Assembly (NCBI GenBank): GCA_905236715.1
Contig: CAJOMQ010000004.1
Coordinates: 5,939-69,938, forward strand
Direction of reading: 5' to 3'
From: an uncultured Bacilli bacterium
GTDB taxonomy: Bacteria > Bacillota_I > Bacilli_A > RFN20 > CAG-826
DNA: 64,000 nucleotides
Position numbers and translations under genes: made by a program. Below are positions 20,492 through 28,491 of the stretch, in pieces. The notes under the pieces were generated by a model. That model saw only the letters and a list, made by a program, of their open reading frames with translations, did no database searches and was not told the origin of the DNA. The first letter of the stretch is position 1. The number at the start of each line of letters is the position of its first letter.

Positions 20492-21739
20492 TTAATCTTG
20501 ATAATCGATATAGATTTTCTTGCCTTTTTCTAAGCGGCTATTTTCCGCTTCAATGCCCATGAGGTGGGATTGAATAGAAGCATCTAAGGAAGTGGCGTAT
20601 TTATCATTACCATTAATTAAATATTCATATAATGATTTGACAATACCAGCGTCGCCTCCACCATGGCCACTGGCAGCGTCAACCATCGTGGATATTTGTA
20701 AGGTTTCTCTTTTGCCATTAAATTCTCCGATTTCAATGGTGCCAAATCTTTCATCTAAATCGATTTCACCTTTGGTACCATAAACTCTTAATGTTCTGCC
20801 ACCACGAGAGGAAAACGCAGTCATTTTCAAATTAGCCTCGACACCATTAACAAAATGCATGGTGACTGTTTGATTATCAACGACATCATTATCACACGCA
20901 AATACACAGCGGCCATATGGGCCATTATCTAAAGCCTCTACTAAGGCTTCTTTCGTTATTGGGCGTACATCGGTAATAAAATTTTTGCCCCAGAAATTCG
21001 TATTGATATACATATCATAAGCATCATATGGACATTTACCTTGATATTTACAACCTTTACAACGGTCTAACGCTCCTTCGGGTTGATTTTCTTTTTTAAA
21101 ATAATTTAATTCACCTAAGGAGTAAATAGATTCACATTTATCACCAATAAACCAAGTTAATAAATCTAAGTCATGACAGCATTTCGCTAAAATCATGGGA
21201 GATGTTTCTTCACTTCTCCGCCAATTACCTCTCACATAACTATGGGCTTGATGTGAGAAACAGACATTTTCGGTTAAATCAATCATGATGGTTTTACCGA
21301 TTCTGCCTTCATCAATGAGTTCTTTAACTTTGGTAAATGCAGGAGCGTATCTTAAAACATGGCACACTAAGACTTTGCGACCTGTTCTTTTTTGTGTTTT
21401 TAACAAAGCAAATAATTCATCTCTATCCTTTGATATTGGCTTTTCTAACAATAAGTCATAGCCAACATTTAATCCTTTAATGCCTTGTCTGACATGATCT
21501 TGGTCTTGGGTCGCCACTACTAGCAAATCACTTCTTTTTTCTTTAAAGAATTCATCCTCATCATGAAAAACATTGGACTCAGATAAGTTATACATTTCCT
21601 TGCATTTATTCGCACGGAATGGATCAACATCACACACTGAAACAATTTCATATTTGTCAGGTAATTTTGACATTTCGTTTAAATAGGCTTGGCCACGTTG
21701 ACCAAATCCAATACATGACACGGTTATTTTTTTACCCAT
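20492..21739 (-). CDS. Gfo/Idh/MocA family oxidoreductase (paralogue of 10751..11998)
   Basis: Also 415 aa. Shared blocks: SPMILAKCCHDLDLLTWF, CKGCKYQGKCPY, GPYGRCVFACDNDVVDN, GHGGGDAG. Confidence 0.8.
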   Translation of the reverse strand: MGKKITVSCIGFGQRGQAYLNEMSKLPDKYEIVSVCDVDPFRANKCKEMYNLSESNVFHDEDEFFKEKRSDLLVVATQDQDHVRQGIKGLNVGYDLLLEKPISKDRDELFALLKTQKRTGRKVLVCHVLRYAPAFTKVKELIDEGRIGKTIMIDLTENVCFSHQAHSYVRGNWRRSEETSPMILAKCCHDLDLLTWFIGDKCESIYSLGELNYFKKENQPEGALDRCKGCKYQGKCPYDAYDMYINTNFWGKNFITDVRPITKEALVEALDNGPYGRCVFACDNDVVDNQTVTMHFVNGVEANLKMTAFSSRGGRTLRVYGTKGEIDLDERFGTIEIGEFNGKRETLQISTMVDAASGHGGGDAGIVKSLYEYLINGNDKYATSLDASIQSHLMGIEAENSRLEKGKKIYIDYQD

Positions 21740-21911
21740 AATGGCGGTTGCTCCTTATATTGCAGAACAATGGTTCTTTTTAAATGCATTATCATATTAT
21801 CATAACAAGTAATCATAAATCATAAATAAGGCGCATTTGAAAAAGGAAATATATATAAAGAAACATTTTCACTATTTTATTAATTCAAAGATGGTTTAAG
21901 AAAACAACATT

Positions 21912-23288
21912 TTAGGATTTTCTTATTAAATCAATCATATAGATAGGAAGTTGATAAATAGTATCGCTTTCTTTCAAAAGATTTGTTTCACCAAAGACAT
22001 AAGCGACTGGATATTTATGAAGTCTTAGTAAATTATTCAAGGCCGCATGATCATATGTTTGTGACTCTCCTGATTTTATTTCGATTGGCAGAACCTCGGC
22101 GTTTAAAGTAACTAAAAAATCAACCTCGCCGTGCGTTTTTGAATTGAAATAAAATAATTCTTCATCAAAACCGTGAGCGATTAATTCTTGCGCTGCAACA
22201 TTCTCATATGGAGAGCCATAATTAATCTCTTTTTCATTATTAAATAATTTTTCTCTGATATTAGCGTCGGTTAATTGTGACATCAATAAGCCAACATCAT
22301 TACTAAATAACTTCAAAGTTTTTCTTTCGACTGAAAGAGTTAAGGGAACAATGGGCTCATTAACATGATAGGTGGGAATAGCTACACCCGCGGCCTTAAG
22401 CCATAAAAACTCATCCTCAACCTTATTATGTTTGAGATATTTATTATCGAGAACTTGCGAAGTTATATATCTCATATTCTTATTGGATAATTGACCTGGA
22501 ATGGCGTCAAAAACATCACGAATGCGAAGTTTTAACGAATCATCATCGACATATGTTGTTATATCTTGTTTATATTTTTTGATAATTTGCTTTTGGGCTT
22601 CTTCCACTAGATAAAAGTTTTTCGTATCTAGGAAAGATTGGACAGCTTCTGGCATACCACCCACAATAACATATTCCCTAAATGTTTTTAGAAGCATCTT
22701 ATTAATCTCTTCATCGACTGGTTTTTTCTTATTAAAGCAATCTTTGATGTGCTTGATAACGGGATCGCCCACTCCTTTTGCCCATAAATATTCTTCAAAA
22801 TCTAACGGATACATTTTGATTTCATCCAAATATCCCGTTGGATTTAAAACGACATCCTTTATGCTCACACCTAATAGCGAACCACTTAAAATAAAGCGAT
22901 ATTTTCCATCTATAACAATCGCCTTCATAGCGGTGATGATGTCTTGTGATGTCGGTGGGAGCATCCCATTTTCTTTTAATTCATCTCTTCTTTTGTATAC
23001 TAGTTGTATTTCATCTAAAAAGATTACAGTTTTATGCGGCACCATTTTTTCACCCGCAATAAATGAAAGACGCAACAATAAATCCTCTGAATTGTCAAGC
23101 AACGCAAAAGCATCAATTAAATTTGGCATTTCGGAAAAATCTATCGCAATCACATTATCAAATTTATCTTTGATAAAATTTTTTATTGAATATGATTTTC
23201 CTATTTGACGGGCTCCAGTTACTAAAAGAGCTTGTTTTCTATTTTTTAACCAAAAATTTAATTTTTCTTCGACCTTTCTTTTTAGCAT
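21912..23288 (-). CDS. AAA-family ATPase of the AAA_14/DUF4143 type
   Basis: 458 aa. Walker A LLVTGARQIGKS, Walker B-like VIFLDEIQ, and a C-terminal region typical of DUF4143 proteins (recognition from memory). Confidence 0.65.
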   Translation of the reverse strand: MLKRKVEEKLNFWLKNRKQALLVTGARQIGKSYSIKNFIKDKFDNVIAIDFSEMPNLIDAFALLDNSEDLLLRLSFIAGEKMVPHKTVIFLDEIQLVYKRRDELKENGMLPPTSQDIITAMKAIVIDGKYRFILSGSLLGVSIKDVVLNPTGYLDEIKMYPLDFEEYLWAKGVGDPVIKHIKDCFNKKKPVDEEINKMLLKTFREYVIVGGMPEAVQSFLDTKNFYLVEEAQKQIIKKYKQDITTYVDDDSLKLRIRDVFDAIPGQLSNKNMRYITSQVLDNKYLKHNKVEDEFLWLKAAGVAIPTYHVNEPIVPLTLSVERKTLKLFSNDVGLLMSQLTDANIREKLFNNEKEINYGSPYENVAAQELIAHGFDEELFYFNSKTHGEVDFLVTLNAEVLPIEIKSGESQTYDHAALNNLLRLHKYPVAYVFGETNLLKESDTIYQLPIYMIDLIRKS

Positions 23289-23303
23289 ATATTATTTACC
23301 TCC

Positions 23304-23430
23304 GGGGAAAACTGCATACGATTTTTGCCATTATTTGGGGAAAACTGCTAGTAAAATTTGCCAAAATATGGGGAAAACTGCATATAAAATTTAGCAATTT
23401 TTGGGGAAAACTGCAAGATAAATAAAAAAG
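23304..23430. repeat. Four tandem 33-bp direct repeats (last one partial), core GGGGAAAACTGC
   Basis: Units start at 23304, 23337, 23370 and 23403: ggggaaaactgcatacgatttttgccattattt / ggggaaaactgctagtaaaatttgccaaaatat / ggggaaaactgcatataaaatttagcaattttt / ggggaaaactgcaagataaat... The array abuts the GGAGG RBS of 21912..23288. Confidence 0.9.
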
Positions 23431-23466
23431 TGAATGCACTTTGGCTCTATGAGCCAAGCTCATTCA
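23421..23466 (-). terminator. Rho-independent terminator downstream of 23521..23943
   Basis: Hairpin TGAATGCACTTTGGCTC-tat-GAGCCAAGCTCATTCA (23431-23466, a few mismatches). On the minus strand it is followed by CTTTTTTATTT. Confidence 0.7.
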
Positions 23467-23520
23467 ATTGACTTTATCTGCATTACCAAAACTTCTATAA
23501 AGGAACTTTTGCGTTTCGCA

Positions 23521-23943
23521 TTATAAGGTTTTAAATTTATATTTCACCGTGCAGTTTTTTAAAACCACACCATATTTTTCATTGACGGTAAGATAATTTC
23601 CAGAGATGACAATCGTATCGCCTTCTTTGATATTCCCATATTCATGTTCTGAATGGAGACAGCATAAAGCGTAACAAATACCATCTTTGCTATCAGATAA
23701 TTCAAAAGATGGAATGCCATGAACATCTAATCCTTTAAATATGACAACACCAAATATATCCATTCGATATCCAGAATAGATAGAAAAGGCCTTATTATAA
23801 TCTTTTGCAAATTCTTTGTTGACCACTTCCGCTGAAAGGGGTTCTTTTTGAGGAAGTGGTTTCATTTCTATTGTCATTGCTTTGGAAAGATATTCTTGTG
23901 TGGGTACACGATTTTCAAATTCTTTGATATATTCATAGGCCAT
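23521..23943 (-). CDS. Hypothetical protein, possibly OB-fold (tRNA_anti-like)
   Basis: 140 aa. The pattern AEVVNKEFAKDYNKAFSIYSGYRMDIFGVV...GDTIVISGNY...VVLKNCTV resembles tRNA_anti-like OB-fold proteins. Weak recognition only. Confidence 0.4.
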   Translation of the reverse strand: MAYEYIKEFENRVPTQEYLSKAMTIEMKPLPQKEPLSAEVVNKEFAKDYNKAFSIYSGYRMDIFGVVIFKGLDVHGIPSFELSDSKDGICYALCCLHSEHEYGNIKEGDTIVISGNYLTVNEKYGVVLKNCTVKYKFKTL

Positions 23944-23961
23944 ATTTATTCCCCATAATGA

Positions 23962-24549
23962 TTAATTTAATTTTTTGAATGTTCTAGAATTAACGGAATA
24001 ACGATCCTCTCCCCATTCCCAATCATCGTCAATATTGCCAATCTTGGCTTGAGGGTTTTCACCTTTATTTATTCTAATCTCTTCAGAGAACCAAATATCT
24101 CTAGTAAAGCAATAGGAAAAACCATCTAGCACCACGATTACGCCTTTAACATAATCGTATTCGCTTACAAAATTATTAGTTACTTTATCAAAAGCCTTAA
24201 CATTGTCTTCTATGATAATAATATCTTGAATGACTTCATTGATTGGATTTTCGATTTGTTTTGGATAATTATCAATTCCGTAATTATAATCAATCCCCAT
24301 ATCATTGGTTTTTTCAAACTTAAATACTGCTACAGCTTCGTCACCATAATCATCCCACATAAAATCAATTTCTTCGATGTCGTTAATTAATTCATATGTT
24401 CCGCCGTCAACAAAAAGGGTGACTCTTCTATATGAAGTGTTTGAAAAATCAAATTTATCATGTCTGACTTTTTCAAACTTTTTCCCAATAAGCGATTTGA
24501 ATAATTCAATTTCTTTTACATTAAATAATTTGTTAATTTTCTCTTGCAT
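23962..24549 (-). CDS. Hypothetical protein
   Basis: 195 aa acidic ORF, co-directional and 18 nt upstream of 23521..23943. No motif recognised. Confidence 0.5.
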   Translation of the reverse strand: MQEKINKLFNVKEIELFKSLIGKKFEKVRHDKFDFSNTSYRRVTLFVDGGTYELINDIEEIDFMWDDYGDEAVAVFKFEKTNDMGIDYNYGIDNYPKQIENPINEVIQDIIIIEDNVKAFDKVTNNFVSEYDYVKGVIVVLDGFSYCFTRDIWFSEEIRINKGENPQAKIGNIDDDWEWGEDRYSVNSRTFKKLN

Positions 24550-24569
24550 ACTATTTTTCCGTAAAAATA

Positions 24570-26036
24570 TTATTTAGTGGGTTTTCTTCTTAACAAAACA
24601 AAAAGATAAAAACCAAAAATTATTAAGGAAATAGAGGAACCAATAATATAGGCTACCCAAATAGGAATAAATATACCCAATGCAATATTGGGTTCACCAA
24701 AAATATAGGTAATAACAACATCTGTCATGATAAACGCAGGGATCGCGGTGAATAATGATTTATATTTGTTATTGCTTTCTTTTAATAAATAAATGGAAGA
24801 TACCCATAATGAAGCCGCCGCTAAAACTTGATTGCTCCAAGCAAACCATCGCCACAACAAATTAAAATTACCAACATCTAAGAAATTCCAAATACTAATT
24901 CCCACCACCGCGGCAAATATTGGAAGGGTTAATAGTAAACGATTCTTGATACTTTTTTGATCTATTTTTAACCATTCGGCAATAATCAAACGACAACTCC
25001 TTAAAGCGGTATCGCCACTAGTTATCGGACATATCACCACCCCGATAACCGCTAAAACAGTGCCAACTGGCCCTAGTAAGGTGGAAGATATTTGTTCAAC
25101 TGAAGTGGAACTACCTCCAATAGCGGATAAGGCTTCCCAACCATCCGCGGTATCAACTTTATAAAATGCCATTGCCGCGGCGGCCCATATTAAAGCAATG
25201 ATACCTTCCGCGACCATCGCTCCATAAAAGACTTGTCTTCCTTCTTTTTCGCTTTTGATACATTTAGCAATCATGGGGGATTGGGTAGCGTGAAAGCCAC
25301 TTACCGCCCCACAAGCGACCGTGGTTAACATAAATGGCCACCATGGTAATCCTCCATTAGACGCGGAAAAATCACGGAAATTATCAATGATTTCAATCAT
25401 GGGATATTCGTTATGCTGAAATATCACGCCACCGATGACCGCTAAGGCCATGACAATTAAAACAATACCGAAAACGGGGTATAAACGGCCAATAACTTTA
25501 TCAATGGGGACAATCGCACTCAAGACATAATAAGCGAGGATAATAATCATCCAAATCCACGCCATTACTTTTCCACCAGTTAGAGATTCTAATAAGGAAG
25601 AAGGAGAAACAACAAATACAGCGGTCACTAATATTAATAAAACAACGGAAAAGATACGCATCACTATTTCCATTATTTTTCCCATGTATTTCGCGGATAA
25701 TTTGACAATTGAATTACCGTTATTACGGCTTGATATCATGCCTGAGAAATAATCATGAACCGCACCGCCTAAGATGCAGCCAAAAACAATCCAAAGAAAG
25801 ACAATGGGGCCGAATAAAGCTCCACTAATGGCACCAAATATGGGACCAGTGCCGGCAATGTTTAGTAATTCAATTAAAAATGATTTCCATTTTGGTAAAG
25901 GAGTGATATCCACTCCATCGGGATTTTTCGTTGCGGGGGTCAAACGATAATCAGCCGCGAATATTTTTTCTGTCACACGTGAATAGATAAAATACCCACC
26001 AATTAATAAAGCGACAGCAATGAAAAATGTCCACAT
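24570..26036 (-). CDS. cstA: Carbon starvation protein A family transporter
   Basis: 488 aa polytopic protein. LNIAGTGPIFGAISGALFGPIVFLWIVFGCILGGAVHDY is the conserved CstA N-terminal block. Confidence 0.85.
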   Translation of the reverse strand: MWTFFIAVALLIGGYFIYSRVTEKIFAADYRLTPATKNPDGVDITPLPKWKSFLIELLNIAGTGPIFGAISGALFGPIVFLWIVFGCILGGAVHDYFSGMISSRNNGNSIVKLSAKYMGKIMEIVMRIFSVVLLILVTAVFVVSPSSLLESLTGGKVMAWIWMIIILAYYVLSAIVPIDKVIGRLYPVFGIVLIVMALAVIGGVIFQHNEYPMIEIIDNFRDFSASNGGLPWWPFMLTTVACGAVSGFHATQSPMIAKCIKSEKEGRQVFYGAMVAEGIIALIWAAAAMAFYKVDTADGWEALSAIGGSSTSVEQISSTLLGPVGTVLAVIGVVICPITSGDTALRSCRLIIAEWLKIDQKSIKNRLLLTLPIFAAVVGISIWNFLDVGNFNLLWRWFAWSNQVLAAASLWVSSIYLLKESNNKYKSLFTAIPAFIMTDVVITYIFGEPNIALGIFIPIWVAYIIGSSISLIIFGFYLFVLLRRKPTK

Positions 26037-26042
26037 ATATAA

Positions 26043-27923
26043 CTATCTAATTACTTTTCTTTTTTTAATGATGAAGATGATGGAAGCCACCATGATTAAA
26101 GATATCGCTAAGACAATAATGACAATACTGCCACTTTGTTGATTAAGACGATTATTAAAGATATTTTGACTATTATTATAGAAATCAGAATAAGCCGCTT
26201 CTCTTCTATTCATATAATCGACATAAGTAGAAGGATATTTAGAAAGAATATAATCATAACGATCCACTAAATCGTTAAGAGAACCTGATGCTTCTGCATT
26301 ATGTGTGTATGTTAAATTAGCAAGATATCCTTGGGCATCCACAGTCAAATCATCAAATGCATCTTTGGTATCTAGCCAATCTTGACTACTGAAATTTGTT
26401 TCCCCAATAGATTCACATTGTATCTTGTTGAAGAATGTCCTTTTAAAAGTATCTAATTCAGTATAGAAATCAGTTTTTGGCATTAATTTGAAGATGCTCA
26501 CCGCATTAGCGCTATTCGTAGAAACATTAAATTCATCAGTAGCATAGACAATATATCTATCACCATTTAAGACCGGCTTATTGTTGATAACAGAAAAGAT
26601 TTCTTTATCGCTCAATTCATTTTCTTCGACATAACATAATTTATTGTTATCGTCATATGAAACATATTTACTACTTGAATAGTTATATAAATATGGATTT
26701 GATTCGCCACCGACAATCACTCTTTTCACTTGGAATCTGGAACGAATGACATTGGTACCGGCACTGTTGGGAACATCAAGAATTTCTGTAGCGATATCCA
26801 TTGATAAACCTTCAGTAACACCGCCAATATAGCTATCGTTACCATTTAAAATATAAACACTGTAGCTACTGATAATATGACCGAAATAATATGTGCCACG
26901 ATAATCCAGCATGGAATAATTTAATAAATGATATTGAGTTGTATTTTCACTTTCTTGAATGATTTGAATATAAACACGATATCCTAATCCCAAATAAGTG
27001 AAACTCGCGATTGCATTATTACCAGAACCGGAAACAGAAACAGAGGAATAAAGATTCCTTTCATCATCATATTTTGAATGAACTGTGTATAAGGCATCCG
27101 CGGCTATATCGGTAGAAGTACTTATATCAAAATCACTAGCAAATAAATAAAGATTGAATTCTAATCCTGATAAATCAACAGTTTCCCCTTGATAAAATGT
27201 GGTTCGATTGGGCTCACTGATGTTATTAATATTAAAAACGTGTTGATGTTCATTTAGATTGATATATTTAAAAATTCTCACACCATAATCACCACTATGA
27301 CCGCCATACCAGAATCTTGATCTTGTTACACCACTTTCAAAAGTGATGCAGGTGTCATTTTCTTCACCACTTCTTTGCATATCAAAAAAGCCATCACCAT
27401 GCGTATTAGAAGTAATTTTCCACTGGGCATTTTCATTAGAGGTGCTATCGGTAAAATATAAATCACCATAGAGATAAACTTTACCTGTCTTATCATCCCA
27501 GGTGCCATCAGATTGTCGATAGCAGAGGTATTTGTTTTTGCAGATGACTTTATCCCAGTAATCACTATATGTATATGTAAATTGGAAAGTGAAATAATTT
27601 CCCACTTTACCAACATTAAGCACTTGATAATCATTTAATGAACCGGTGAAATAATGTTTATCACCCATGGCACTTTGACCACCATAGTCTCTGGCACATA
27701 AATAAATGGGGTTACCACCAAAATGATCTAAGGTGCCACCATATTGATTGGTGATAATAACTTTATCTCCTGCTTGTAAATCATCGATATTATCTATTCT
27801 TAAAAATAGATTGCTATCACTACTGGAACTTTTATTTATATCAAAAGCATTATTTGGTTTAGTTATTGGCGCCGCCATTATTGTGGCTGCTATAAATGTT
27901 TGGATAATTTTGCTTAATACCAT
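26043..27923 (-). CDS. Exported surface protein with C-terminal TM anchor (paralogue of 56891..58659)
   Basis: The ATG at 27923 is preceded by an AGGTG RBS. N-terminal signal MVLSKIIQTFIAATIMAAP. The C-terminus IVIIVLAISLIMVASIIFIIKKRKVIR is a TM helix plus a basic stop-transfer. It shares a DRYDYILSKY block with 56891..58659. Confidence 0.75.
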   Translation of the reverse strand: MVLSKIIQTFIAATIMAAPITKPNNAFDINKSSSSDSNLFLRIDNIDDLQAGDKVIITNQYGGTLDHFGGNPIYLCARDYGGQSAMGDKHYFTGSLNDYQVLNVGKVGNYFTFQFTYTYSDYWDKVICKNKYLCYRQSDGTWDDKTGKVYLYGDLYFTDSTSNENAQWKITSNTHGDGFFDMQRSGEENDTCITFESGVTRSRFWYGGHSGDYGVRIFKYINLNEHQHVFNINNISEPNRTTFYQGETVDLSGLEFNLYLFASDFDISTSTDIAADALYTVHSKYDDERNLYSSVSVSGSGNNAIASFTYLGLGYRVYIQIIQESENTTQYHLLNYSMLDYRGTYYFGHIISSYSVYILNGNDSYIGGVTEGLSMDIATEILDVPNSAGTNVIRSRFQVKRVIVGGESNPYLYNYSSSKYVSYDDNNKLCYVEENELSDKEIFSVINNKPVLNGDRYIVYATDEFNVSTNSANAVSIFKLMPKTDFYTELDTFKRTFFNKIQCESIGETNFSSQDWLDTKDAFDDLTVDAQGYLANLTYTHNAEASGSLNDLVDRYDYILSKYPSTYVDYMNRREAAYSDFYNNSQNIFNNRLNQQSGSIVIIVLAISLIMVASIIFIIKKRKVIR

Positions 27924-28110
27924 AATAATCACCTCGCCTCTTTACGCTGCTATATTATATATAAAAACATAAAAACTAACTATATTTTTATATTATTCAA
28001 AATTGTTTCTCATTTCACGCGCGGATAACTTTTTTATTATTTTCATTAAAAGGCTTGCATTATTCAAAGATGTATGGTTAACTACTTATGTAATTAGGTG
28101 AGGTGTCAAG

Positions 28111-28491
28111 ATGAATTGTTTGTCAGAATCATTACCCATTTATATCCGCATGGTAGAGGGAATTAAGGATGCGATATTGATGAATAAAATCAAGGAAGAT
28201 AGTCAATTACCTTCCACAACTTATTTAGCCAAAGAATATGCCATCAATATCGCCACTGTAAATAAAGCTATTAATGTCCTGGTTGATCAAGACTTAGTCT
28301 ATAAGAAACGTGGCATTGGCATGTTTATTAAAAAAGGAGCAGTCAATAAATTAAAGAAAGAAAGAAGAGAAACATTTAAAGAAAGATATGTTGCAGCGAC
28401 GCTTAGGGAAGCCAAAAAACTTAACTATTCCGTGGAAGAACTGCAAAAATTAGTGAAAGAAGCTTTCGAGGAAATGCAAAATGAAAAATAA
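28111..28491 (+). CDS. Short GntR-family (YhcF-like) transcriptional regulator
   Basis: 126 aa. The wHTH block QLPSTTYLAKEYAINIATVNKAINVLVDQDLVYKKRGIGMFI is present. RBS AGGTGAGGTG lies upstream. Confidence 0.8.
   Translation: MNCLSESLPIYIRMVEGIKDAILMNKIKEDSQLPSTTYLAKEYAINIATVNKAINVLVDQDLVYKKRGIGMFIKKGAVNKLKKERRETFKERYVAATLREAKKLNYSVEELQKLVKEAFEEMQNEK

Noticed and set aside
23304-23430. The 33-bp repeat array as a small CRISPR array
   Set aside because: The units are directly adjacent with no unique spacers. The whole 33-bp unit is the repeat, and the variable part is only a few A/T substitutions. No cas genes are present in the window.
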